A stretch of 64,000 nt of DNA from a virus (taxonomy: Duplodnaviria; Caudoviricetes), in IMG/VR virus record IMGVR_UViG_3300020576_002361, positions 14,976-78,975 of that record. One strand, given 5' to 3'. The translations under genes were made by a program, and so were the position numbers. Positions within the stretch are counted from its first letter, which is position 1; every line of letters begins with the position of its first letter. This document shows, one piece after another, positions 8,745 through 17,264 of this stretch. Under the pieces are notes generated by a model. That model saw only the letters and a list, made by a program, of their open reading frames with translations. It was not told the DNA's origin and made no database searches.

Positions 8745-10172
8745 TTACTTCTTCTCCTGTTTTGTATTCTTCTTAATCTTGGCTAACAACTCGGCTTGAG
8801 ATAGTACTTTAGCGTTGCCTACTCTATCGGCATTTCTGGCAGCAATAGCAGCTAATCTTTCAGCAGCCGACTTCTGCTCTCCGGATGACATTATCTGCGC
8901 TTTGCCTGGGGTATTAGAAACCGAAGATTCGCCTAATCCTCCAGGATTTCCCCCGCGTCTCCGTCTTTTCTTTGCCGCTGGTGCAGTAGTCGGTGTAGAC
9001 GGTGGAGTGACAGTAGAAACTGCTTTCTTATTTTTAATTTTACCGAGAGGCGTGTTCTTGCTAGGTCGAGCGTTCTTTCTGCCCTTTACGGCATCTACCT
9101 TATTGGCATAACGACCCTGCTTAGTGAGGAAGTTGACTCCCTTACCAACAGCATACTTGACAGCGTGCTTAATTTTCTTACCAACGCTTTTGATACCGTT
9201 CCAGCTCTTCTTGATAAAGTTAGAGGTACCAGACTTAGCAGAAGCATAAGCTTGCTTGGTCTTGTCTCGGCCTCTACGAGCTGCGTTTGTAGCAGCGTTA
9301 GTAGCACCCTTGCGTACAGAGTCAACATACGACTTGGCTGCTGCCAATCCAGCTCCAGCAGCTCTAACAGGCGCGCCAGCCGCCTTCTTCATACCGGCGT
9401 ACTTTCTAGCAGCCTTCAAAGCAAACGCACCAATCTTTCTTACTGTATTGCGCCCCTTGTATCTGGCGCCCATTTCAGAGTGGGCTTTGCTCTTCTTATA
9501 AGCAGCAGAAGCAGCTGCCTTAGCATCGCTACCAATACCTTCTTCTAATATCTCATTGCTTTCACAGACATACTCATAGGCATCAATAACGCTTTCTAGT
9601 TCTTCTTCTGTTAATGACTCAACTACTTCGTCCAGGGTTTCTTCATCTAGATGAGAAATATCTTCTGCTATACTGTCTAAGGTGAAGTCGTAGTCGTCAA
9701 GGACTGTAGCCATTAGCTCTAGTTGATTTTCTTCACTCAACGATTCAGCCAAAGTATCGAACTCAAAATCAGAAATAGACTCTAACAAAGGAAGAATCTC
9801 TTCGTAAGAAGACTTGATTGGCTTCGGTCTGATGGCAGTTCTAGCTTCTTTCTTAGATTCTGTAATAAACTCTTTGGAAGCTGTCTCTGGAGACCCTTCA
9901 GTTGGGCGAGCATAGGCGGCCTTACGCATAACCTCATTCTCAAAGGCTATACGAACATTCTCGCCATAGCCAGTATCGTGTTCATTAAACACATCTCTGA
10001 TGAACTCTTTGCGATCTTCTTGAACAAGAATCTTTACTACTTCCTGAGCAGTAAGCTGCGCTAGGTTCATTAGATCTTCCGAAAGAGATACGTTATTCGT
10101 TGAAGACGCGCTCTTCAGGAAATCTGTGATAGCGTCGATTTGTTCTTTATTTGATCCGTGGCTGGAAAGCAT
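8745..10172 (-). CDS. Putative prohead core / internal head protein (acidic N-half, Lys/Ala-rich C-half)
   Basis: Repeated LSE/LTE/LEE motifs resembling gp21 cleavage sites, an abrupt charge switch after ILEEG, and a late promoter upstream. Confidence 0.65.
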   Translation of the reverse strand: MLSSHGSNKEQIDAITDFLKSASSTNNVSLSEDLMNLAQLTAQEVVKILVQEDRKEFIRDVFNEHDTGYGENVRIAFENEVMRKAAYARPTEGSPETASKEFITESKKEARTAIRPKPIKSSYEEILPLLESISDFEFDTLAESLSEENQLELMATVLDDYDFTLDSIAEDISHLDEETLDEVVESLTEEELESVIDAYEYVCESNEILEEGIGSDAKAAASAAYKKSKAHSEMGARYKGRNTVRKIGAFALKAARKYAGMKKAAGAPVRAAGAGLAAAKSYVDSVRKGATNAATNAARRGRDKTKQAYASAKSGTSNFIKKSWNGIKSVGKKIKHAVKYAVGKGVNFLTKQGRYANKVDAVKGRKNARPSKNTPLGKIKNKKAVSTVTPPSTPTTAPAAKKRRRRGGNPGGLGESSVSNTPGKAQIMSSGEQKSAAERLAAIAARNADRVGNAKVLSQAELLAKIKKNTKQEKK

Positions 10173-10199
10173 AGTGTTCCTTTTTATTGATTATAGAAG

Positions 10200-10207
10200 T
10201 ATTTATA
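10200..10207 (-). promoter_or_regulatory. T4-type late promoter TATAAATA
   Basis: + strand TATTTATA, 28 nt upstream of ORF 10172. Confidence 0.8.
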
Positions 10208-10214
10208 AAAATCC

Positions 10215-11204
10215 TTATTTAGATTTTTTACTACCGGAGTGCTTGATTTTCATGGTATCTTCTCTCTTATTCTTCTTGGATCTATAGATACCATCTTTAC
10301 CGCGTGTCCACTTGGATCTTGGAAGTTCAGTTTTTCCTCTGCCAAGCCACTTTCCGTGAATCTTTCTGGATACCGAGAAATAAACTCGTCTCCAGTCTTC
10401 TCCGTAGTCTTTCTTGAATCTAGCTAATACATCGCCCTTAGCATTGAATCTTCTAGCTGGTCCACCATATGGTCCGGGATACTTATCATCCGGGGCTACT
10501 TCCGAGCCACGCTTATACTCTGGCTTCTCGTAATCTGGATCATCCTTATAGGACTTTCTCTTTTTCTTTGGTTTAGCTTTATCTGATTTCTTGGCTGGAG
10601 CCTTCTTCTTAGAGGCTTTCTTTTCTTTCTTTGCTTCAGAAAGATCCAATAGATAAAACTCAAACTCTTCATTTATATCAGTAGGTGCGTTATCTGTGTA
10701 ATCCTGATAAGCACAGTCTTTTTCGTGTTGAATATACTCTTCCAGAATAGGAAAGAATATGGTTGACATGGATTCATGATTTTCTGGATTTTGCTCTGCT
10801 TCTTCCCGAAGAGCTATGAGGTTTACGTAGTTCTTCTTGCTATTATCGGTCAAAGTCGAGTTAAGGTACTCGCATATTTGCGATACTAATGGATCCATTT
10901 TTTTCCTCTTTCCTACTAAAAATTTGAGAAACCCGAAGTTATTTTCTGGATTTTGTTCTAAAAATAAAGCTTCCCCCAATATATGTATATACTGGAGGAA
11001 GTTAGAAGAAGCCTTAAAGTATTCGGATTTCTTATGTTCGTTTACTGTATTTATGTACTTTAGATAGCATTTGGTGTATAGTTCCTTGGCTATGTTAGCT
11101 TTCGTTTCGACGGTCAATAACAACGAATTCAGTTTTTCTATAGATTCTATAGAAGACTTTTCATCCTTATAACGAAAGTCTGATATATTGACTTTATCTG
11201 TCAT
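10215..11204 (-). CDS. Hypothetical protein with acidic core and Lys-rich C-terminus (possible internal head protein)
   Basis: Charge switch at YLLDLSE|AKKEKK. Confidence 0.7.
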   Translation of the reverse strand: MTDKVNISDFRYKDEKSSIESIEKLNSLLLTVETKANIAKELYTKCYLKYINTVNEHKKSEYFKASSNFLQYIHILGEALFLEQNPENNFGFLKFLVGKRKKMDPLVSQICEYLNSTLTDNSKKNYVNLIALREEAEQNPENHESMSTIFFPILEEYIQHEKDCAYQDYTDNAPTDINEEFEFYLLDLSEAKKEKKASKKKAPAKKSDKAKPKKKRKSYKDDPDYEKPEYKRGSEVAPDDKYPGPYGGPARRFNAKGDVLARFKKDYGEDWRRVYFSVSRKIHGKWLGRGKTELPRSKWTRGKDGIYRSKKNKREDTMKIKHSGSKKSK

Positions 11205-12292
11205 GGAATATTAACAGAGTACTCCTTGTTATACTTGAACACCAAAGTCGGGAGAAGCTGAGGAACATATGATCCATCGGAGAGCATCAATCCTTTTCTT
11301 CCATTATCTGCGTTTCTTATGCAAACACACACGCTTTCGTGTAAATTCTTGTCGGACGGGCAGATGATATCATTAGCTAGATAAACCAGTTCGTTCTGCG
11401 ATGGAGCTGAAAATCTATGTTCTATCTCAAAAACATCATCAGCCACTATACACACAAAATCGCACTGGTCTGCACCAGCACCAAACAAAGCTTTATGAAT
11501 AGTATCTTCTTCTGGAATATGTAGATATACTCTCTTTGGATTTGTTAACTTATTATCGGTTATAGAAAACTCAGTAGTATTTATATCATTAATACGCTTA
11601 ATCTTTAGAGCTGATTCGCTTTTATCTATATCGTAATGTCTTCTTATAGCACTATTTATCAGTGTATTCTGTTTAGATACATATTCAGCATTTGATAGCT
11701 TCAATGAAATATGAAATGGAGTACTTCCGAGAGAAGAATATAAAGCAATATCAGCCTTTCCGCCACTGCTGCCTACATGCACGCATTTCGTGAAGTAATG
11801 GTATCCCAAATCATATCCGTAGTTGGCTTCATCGTTGGTTATAAAACTTAGCTTTGTAATCTTTCTGGATTGAAAATGGGATGTTAAAATTTCAGCAAGC
11901 CGTTCTTCGCATTCTCTGTAATCATAGGTTCTATTTATAGGCTTACATACCACACTTATACGGCGAATCCTGTTATTTTTAAAACAAGAAACACCGGCTA
12001 CAGGGCGTATAGTAATCTCTCCCGCGGAAGACCTGCTGCTTTCAGTAGAAAGCTTACAATCAACATATTTAGGAAAATTGCTCCACGCAGCATATAAATC
12101 CTTCAAAAAGGCTCGCCGATCAAATGAAGATTTCCAGTTGCCATATATTATAACATTGGAGTCTCCCTCTGTTTCTGTAGCTATACACAGATCCGGTGTT
12201 TCTACATAATCTTCTTTTGAAGATAAAAACTTAACTTTGATCTTGCTAGTCAACAAAGACGATATTACAAAACCGGTATCAATACAAATCAT
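11201..12292 (-). CDS. Hypothetical protein, possible PD-(D/E)XK nuclease fold
   Basis: GGKADIALY...FHISLK resembles the catalytic D...(S/E)xK motif. Confidence 0.5.
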   Translation of the reverse strand: MICIDTGFVISSLLTSKIKVKFLSSKEDYVETPDLCIATETEGDSNVIIYGNWKSSFDRRAFLKDLYAAWSNFPKYVDCKLSTESSRSSAGEITIRPVAGVSCFKNNRIRRISVVCKPINRTYDYRECEERLAEILTSHFQSRKITKLSFITNDEANYGYDLGYHYFTKCVHVGSSGGKADIALYSSLGSTPFHISLKLSNAEYVSKQNTLINSAIRRHYDIDKSESALKIKRINDINTTEFSITDNKLTNPKRVYLHIPEEDTIHKALFGAGADQCDFVCIVADDVFEIEHRFSAPSQNELVYLANDIICPSDKNLHESVCVCIRNADNGRKGLMLSDGSYVPQLLPTLVFKYNKEYSVNIP

Positions 12293-12791
12293 ACCATTTT
12301 TTCCATGTGGACTTAGCTCTGCTAGACAGAGAAAAGATCAAAGAATGCTTAGTTGGTATATAAGGCTCTCTCAGCAGAGGCATTCCAGCTTCGTCTGGTG
12401 TAGCATCAGCCTTCTTAGCATTACAATACTTACAACAAGAAACTACATTAGTCCACTCATGCTTACCACCACGACATCTTGGTACCACGTGGTCAAGAGT
12501 TTCGACTTCTTTACATAGAGTTTCTCCGCAATATTGACACTTATAATGGTCTCTTTTGAAGACATTGTTTCTAGTCAGAGATGCGGATTTATATGGAATT
12601 CTGGTGTATTCATTTAGGACTAATACACTGGGAAGATCATAGTATCCCGTAGGAGTAGCTATGCGATAAAAATCCTCAAAGTTGTGAGGCTTCCCTGCTT
12701 TTCCAGAAAAAACAAGATTCACTGCTCTTTTCCAAGAAATCAGTGATAACACTTCTTCTGAAGAGTTTAGTAGCAAAACAGCATTTTTCAT
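12279..12791 (-). CDS. HNH endonuclease (McrA/HNH_5 type)
   Basis: RDHYKCQYCG...TLDHVVPRCRGGKHEWTNVVSCCKYCNAKK. The likely start is MKNAVLLLN at 12791, because the track start lies inside the tRNA-like RNA. Confidence 0.9.
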   Translation of the reverse strand: MKNAVLLLNSSEEVLSLISWKRAVNLVFSGKAGKPHNFEDFYRIATPTGYYDLPSVLVLNEYTRIPYKSASLTRNNVFKRDHYKCQYCGETLCKEVETLDHVVPRCRGGKHEWTNVVSCCKYCNAKKADATPDEAGMPLLREPYIPTKHSLIFSLSSRAKSTWKKWYDLY

Positions 12792-12794
12792 AAA

Positions 12795-12897
12795 GTGCCT
12801 TGGAGGGATTCGAACCCACGTATCTCGCATATAGATATAAATTTACGTTCCGAATCTATACCCGCTTGCGTTTCCTTATCCGCTCGGACACAAGGCA
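12795..12897 (-). ncRNA. tRNA-like RNA (103 nt) with expanded anticodon arm
   Basis: Perfect 7-bp acceptor TGCCTTG/CAAGGCA, D arm TCC-GAGCGGATAA-GGA, T arm GTGGG-TTCGAAT-CCCTC. CGCA/TGCG stem encloses 37 nt instead of 7. Confidence 0.75.
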
Positions 12898-12898
12898 A

Positions 12899-12971
12899 AG
12901 GTCGCGGTTGGATTTGAACCAACGTATATTCGCTTTGCAGGCGAACCCTTTGGCCACTCAGGCACACGACC
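12899..12971 (-). tRNA. tRNA-Cys(GCA)
   Basis: GGTCGTG/CGCGACC acceptor; TTCGC-CTGCAAA-GCGAA anticodon arm. Confidence 0.93.
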
Positions 12972-12975
12972 GAAA

Positions 12976-13059
12976 TAGGATCGGCGGGACTCGAACCCGC
13001 ACGTTCTTTCGAACGGAGGATTTTAAATCCTCCCGGTCTGCCAATTCCACCACGATCCT
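12976..13059 (-). tRNA. tRNA-Leu(TAA)
   Basis: AGGATCG/CGATCCT acceptor; GAGGA-TTTAAAA-TCCTC anticodon arm; long variable arm CGTTC-GAAA-GAACG. Confidence 0.93.
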
Positions 13060-13065
13060 ATGAAG

Positions 13066-13140
13066 TCGACCCGGGGAGAATTGAACTCCCGACCTGACGA
13101 TTATAAATCATCTGCTCTAAACCATCTGAGCTACGAGTCG
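13066..13140 (-). tRNA. tRNA-Ile(TAT)
   Basis: CGACTCG/CGGGTCG acceptor; GATGA-TTTATAA-TCGTC anticodon arm; GGGAG-TTCAATT-CTCCC T arm. Confidence 0.9.
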
Positions 13141-13150
13141 TACACAGAGT

Positions 13151-13178
13151 ATTATACACTCTATTTATCTCAAGTCAA
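13151..13178 (-). promoter_or_regulatory. Sigma70-like promoter TTGACT-N16-TATAAT for the tRNA cluster
   Basis: + strand ATTATA 13151-13156, AGTCAA 13173-13178. Confidence 0.8.
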
Positions 13179-13184
13179 ATCGTT

Positions 13185-14663
13185 TTAATTCCACTCATTG
13201 AACTCTTGAGAAACTTGCTTTCCAGTAAATATATTCTTGTGAGTATACTCTTCCTCCTTCTTAACCGGAGCTATAGAACCCCCAGAGAATAACTTAGGAG
13301 CATTGACTGTTGGTTTAGCCTTCTGTTGAGGTGCTGGAGTTGGTTGCGGAGAAGGTGTACTAGGTGGAGCATTGACAGAAGCATTAACGTCAAAGAATCG
13401 CATCTTTGGTTTATCTAGCCCAAGAATAAACTTTCTATTCCTAGAAATATCAGAGTATCTATTCTTGAGTTGTTTGATCATAACCTGGCCATATGCTTCT
13501 AGTTCATCTGTAGTAACAATAGCAAACATCAGGTCTGCTGTATGATTCAATCCTGCGCTTTCTGCGACATTCTCTTGACCAGGATCTGTACTAGCAGCGC
13601 CTTCTCTATTAAACTGAGCGGCTGTCAAAATAGGCACATCAAAATCTTGCGCCATAGCTCTCAACTCTTCTGCTACGGACTTGACTAAGGTATAGGAGTT
13701 GGCTGAAGTATTTTTCTTGAACTTGTAGGATTCGCAGATGTTTAAATAGTCGATTATGATAACATCAGGAGTAAACTTTTTCTTGGACTTCAACTCTTCC
13801 AGTAAATGTCTGAAATTCAGAGCATTAGCAGAAGAAGTAGGATACTCTTTGATAATCAACTTTCCTTTATAGGCTGATTGTACTTTGTTAATCTTAGCCA
13901 TAAAGTTTTGCTTAGTCATATACTTGATGCTGGACAACTCTACGTCAATAAGATTAGCGTCTATTCTTTCTGCGATTCTTTCTTCTGCCATTTCGCAGGT
14001 AATATACAGAACATTCAAATTTTGCTTCAGAGAAGAAGCAGCATAGTGGCAAAGAAAAATAGACTTACCACCACCAGGAGGAGCCAGGACTATGTTTAAT
14101 GTCTTTCTGGATAGACCACCTTCTGTAATATCATTCATCAACTCAAGATCAAATGCTATCTTGTGCTGAGGTTGACTATACAAATCAAATCGATTACTAG
14201 CATCGTCGAAGTATTCGTGACCGACTTGAACATCAAAAGAGATGGACAGAGCTTGTTGAAGAAGCTCTGGAATAATATTCGGAGATTTGTTTGATTTGGA
14301 TTTATTATCCAGTATTTCTACGGCTTCTAGTATAGCATTGTAAACCGCTTTGTTTTTACAAAACTTTTCAGTTTCATCCAGAAGCCAGTCTTCAAGCTCT
14401 CCACCGGCGTAGGAATAGATTTCTGATAGTTCTTTTTTATATTCGTTTATGTCTTCTTGACGCAAAGACAGAGCATCTATAGCTATGGAGATAGCTGACT
14501 CCGTAGGAGCTTTTCCATAGGAATCATAGAACTCGGATACCAATTCAAAGAGTTTCTTCTCTGACGGATTAGAAAAATACTCTGGCTTAATAAAAGCCAG
14601 AGATTTTCTTCTAAACGAATCGTTTGTTATCAGATTCGCTAGGATTATTCTTTCTATATTCAT
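13185..14663 (-). CDS. 41: Replicative DnaB-like helicase (T4 gp41)
   Basis: MNIERIILANL start, Walker A APPGGGKS, LYITCEMAEERIAERIDAN, IIIDYLN, KQLKNRY. Confidence 0.96.
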   Translation of the reverse strand: MNIERIILANLITNDSFRRKSLAFIKPEYFSNPSEKKLFELVSEFYDSYGKAPTESAISIAIDALSLRQEDINEYKKELSEIYSYAGGELEDWLLDETEKFCKNKAVYNAILEAVEILDNKSKSNKSPNIIPELLQQALSISFDVQVGHEYFDDASNRFDLYSQPQHKIAFDLELMNDITEGGLSRKTLNIVLAPPGGGKSIFLCHYAASSLKQNLNVLYITCEMAEERIAERIDANLIDVELSSIKYMTKQNFMAKINKVQSAYKGKLIIKEYPTSSANALNFRHLLEELKSKKKFTPDVIIIDYLNICESYKFKKNTSANSYTLVKSVAEELRAMAQDFDVPILTAAQFNREGAASTDPGQENVAESAGLNHTADLMFAIVTTDELEAYGQVMIKQLKNRYSDISRNRKFILGLDKPKMRFFDVNASVNAPPSTPSPQPTPAPQQKAKPTVNAPKLFSGGSIAPVKKEEEYTHKNIFTGKQVSQEFNEWN

Positions 14664-14671
14664 CGTAGTGT

Positions 14672-14699
14672 ATTATAGCACTTACTATACTTAAGTCAA
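14672..14699 (-). promoter_or_regulatory. Sigma70-like promoter TTGACT-N16-TATAAT for gp41
   Basis: + strand ATTATA 14672-14677, AGTCAA 14694-14699. Confidence 0.8.
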
Positions 14700-14705
14700 C
14701 ATGAT

Positions 14706-17261
14706 TCAAGTATATAGATCTTTTATTGATAGGAACTTGGTGCCTTTATCTGAAAGCTCTTTGTTATTTTTCTTTATATCTTCATAGAAGTTCCAAGCTA
14801 ACACCACAATCAAATCTGGCTTAATAGTATTTGCTATACTACGATCCTTTATGGGAATATTAACACCAGGAATATACTTTCCATTCTTTAGAGCATTATC
14901 CTCTATTGTATATACGATATCTTTGTCTGTTATTCCAAAGAAGTTTAGACCTGTTGTGGCTTTTGCTGGAGATCCATAGGCTGCTATCGTACGGAATATT
15001 TTTTTTTGCTCTTCCATGTTCTTTCTAACAGTTTCTCTTAACTTGTAAACTCTTTCACCGAATGATCTATAAGCCCGTATGCTATCAAGCCCATATTCTC
15101 GTTCTGTTTGTATAAAAGCAGCCACGTTTTTAGATTCGGTGGAAGACCGGCTTACATACACTCGAATAGATCCACCGTGCGTATTGATATGCTCAACGTC
15201 ATTCACAAAGTATCCGCAACTTCTGAAAAAGTTCTTTAAGGACAACACTGACCAATAGTTAGTATGTTCGTGGTATATATTATCAAAAGTCAAATCCTTC
15301 ATAGTATCTAACAAATACTGAACTTCAATGATAAACGTACCATTTTCCTTCAACAAACGAAACGCAGCATGGGCTATATCTTTTAGTTTATCAGAGTGCG
15401 CAAATACATTCGAGGCTGTAACTATATCAGCCCATCCAAATTCATGTGTTACGCTATCAGCAACATTACTGTCAAAGTATCGGTTATACGTGAGTACCCC
15501 GGATTCATTAGCTAACTTTGCTATGTTTTTGGCTGGCTCAATTCCGAGTACCTTTATTCCTTTTTTCTGGAAAGGTTTCAACGCAATACCATCGTTACTT
15601 CCTATATCAACCACAAATGATTCGTTTGTCAGATTAAATCTAGACACATAGGAATCAGCCGCATCTTCGAAGTGCTTTCTGAAAGTTTGAGATGTGGAAG
15701 AAACATACAGATAGTTATCGAACATCTTTTCGGGAGGTACAACTACAGAAAGCTGGCAGTTATGGCAAGAAGGGCAATATTTCATCTCAAGAGGGAATAA
15801 CTCTTCTTTTTCTTGTTTTTCATTTTTTAAACTGTTGGCTAAAGGAGAAAGACCCAACGAAACTACATCTTCCAAATGCTTATTACCGCAGGATCGGCAA
15901 GACTTCTTGTATGTCTCCAAGAGCTGCTTACGCATGGATTCATCTACAAGAATATACGGTATCGTGTGAGTAATACCATAATTTTCATGTTCTCTTTCGC
16001 CTCTTACGAGATTAAGGAATATAGAATCTTCCGTAAACACCATAGTATGCGCTACGTTTGGTTTGATTATGGCTATATCACCCTCATTAACTAAACGAGT
16101 TTCAACTGGTGCATTTTCTGTAAGCAAATCTTTAGTTACGCTAATGTACTGACCTTTAACCAGTAAGCATTTTTGCTCTTGAATAGGATGATAGTGATTT
16201 GCTCTTACTGTTTCTGCTTTGGATTCAATATATCCTATCAGGTTAATAGGCTCGGTAAGTTCATAATTTCGTATGATGCCTCTATTGTCAACATACTCCT
16301 TTCCCCCTTTGTCCATATACTCCAAAGACGGATTGATATCCTTCTTTGACCAGTGATGGATCATTTCTTCGAGGCACTTCTTTAGTGAATATCGGAAAGT
16401 GAACCCGGTTTTCAGAAGATTTTCATTAGAAATAGTATACCCTAGATTAGGAATTTCGTCCTTTGTTTCTACTATAGTAACATTAGGATTTATTTCCTTA
16501 CAAAGATTAGCAACTTCCTTGATGGTAGTAGATTCGTTGGAAAGATGAAAAAGTTTTCTAGAAATATCGGATCTTTCCTCCATAAACTTCATACATCTGG
16601 CGACATCATAGACAGATACTAGACTCTTTAACTGAACTCCACCAGAGAACAAACTTATGGTACCATTCATCGAAGTTATCTTTGAGAACAAATTAGGCAT
16701 TATTCCCATTCTCATAGTATCTGTAGAGTAACCGTAGACAGAAGCTAAACGAAGAATAACAAAGTTTCTGTTTGAAGCAAACAGATCTTCTTCGTTCTGA
16801 ACCTTTACTTTGGCATAAGTTAGGACCGGGCAAGGAGGAATGCATTCAGAAATATCAGTTTTGGTTTCAGAAAATCCTTCATATACTACGTGTGTTGATG
16901 GGAAGATAATCTTTGCGTTTGGATTAGAATATTTGATAACATTTCGAGTACCTTCCACGCCGACGCAAATTATTTGCTTATCGTGTTCCTCGTTAGATTG
17001 TGTCTTGACATAAGCCACGTCTGTTATACCAGCTAGATGAATAATCACATCAGCTTTTGAAAGGTGGGGTTCTAAAGCTTTCTCATCTAAAATAGAAGCC
17101 TGAACATAATCAATACCCCAATTTCTTAATTGTGATACCCTTTCCGATACAAATCTATTATCTATTACTGTAATTTTATTTACTCTAGATTCCCCAGAAT
17201 AAATCTTACAAAGCTCACAACCAATATAACCGAGACCACCGGTAATCACTATATTTTTCAT
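14706..17261 (-). CDS. Tri-domain fusion: NAD-dependent epimerase/dehydratase + cupin + NDP-sugar C-methyltransferase
   Basis: ITGGLGYIG and YAKVK (SDR domain); RANHYHPIQEQ...HTM (cupin); CRSCG...CPSCHNCQL, DIGSNDG, IYHEH, HGGSIR, YGSPAK (C-methyltransferase). Confidence 0.9.
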   Translation of the reverse strand: MKNIVITGGLGYIGCELCKIYSGESRVNKITVIDNRFVSERVSQLRNWGIDYVQASILDEKALEPHLSKADVIIHLAGITDVAYVKTQSNEEHDKQIICVGVEGTRNVIKYSNPNAKIIFPSTHVVYEGFSETKTDISECIPPCPVLTYAKVKVQNEEDLFASNRNFVILRLASVYGYSTDTMRMGIMPNLFSKITSMNGTISLFSGGVQLKSLVSVYDVARCMKFMEERSDISRKLFHLSNESTTIKEVANLCKEINPNVTIVETKDEIPNLGYTISNENLLKTGFTFRYSLKKCLEEMIHHWSKKDINPSLEYMDKGGKEYVDNRGIIRNYELTEPINLIGYIESKAETVRANHYHPIQEQKCLLVKGQYISVTKDLLTENAPVETRLVNEGDIAIIKPNVAHTMVFTEDSIFLNLVRGEREHENYGITHTIPYILVDESMRKQLLETYKKSCRSCGNKHLEDVVSLGLSPLANSLKNEKQEKEELFPLEMKYCPSCHNCQLSVVVPPEKMFDNYLYVSSTSQTFRKHFEDAADSYVSRFNLTNESFVVDIGSNDGIALKPFQKKGIKVLGIEPAKNIAKLANESGVLTYNRYFDSNVADSVTHEFGWADIVTASNVFAHSDKLKDIAHAAFRLLKENGTFIIEVQYLLDTMKDLTFDNIYHEHTNYWSVLSLKNFFRSCGYFVNDVEHINTHGGSIRVYVSRSSTESKNVAAFIQTEREYGLDSIRAYRSFGERVYKLRETVRKNMEEQKKIFRTIAAYGSPAKATTGLNFFGITDKDIVYTIEDNALKNGKYIPGVNIPIKDRSIANTIKPDLIVVLAWNFYEDIKKNNKELSDKGTKFLSIKDLYT

Positions 17262-17264
17262 AAT

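Noticed and set aside
12795-12897. tmRNA or group I intron-containing tRNA
   Set aside because: The insert is only ~30 nt extra, with no tag ORF or P-element core, and the acceptor stem lacks the Ala G3-U70 identity.
12800-13063. Track ORF 12800..13063 (+) and the first 13 codons of the HNH ORF
   Set aside because: They overlap the minus-strand tRNA genes and are shadows.
13185-14663. Intein in the gp41 helicase (a common intein host)
   Set aside because: Walker A APPGGGKS is continuous and the length is normal. The Pro-rich C-terminal stretch is just a linker.
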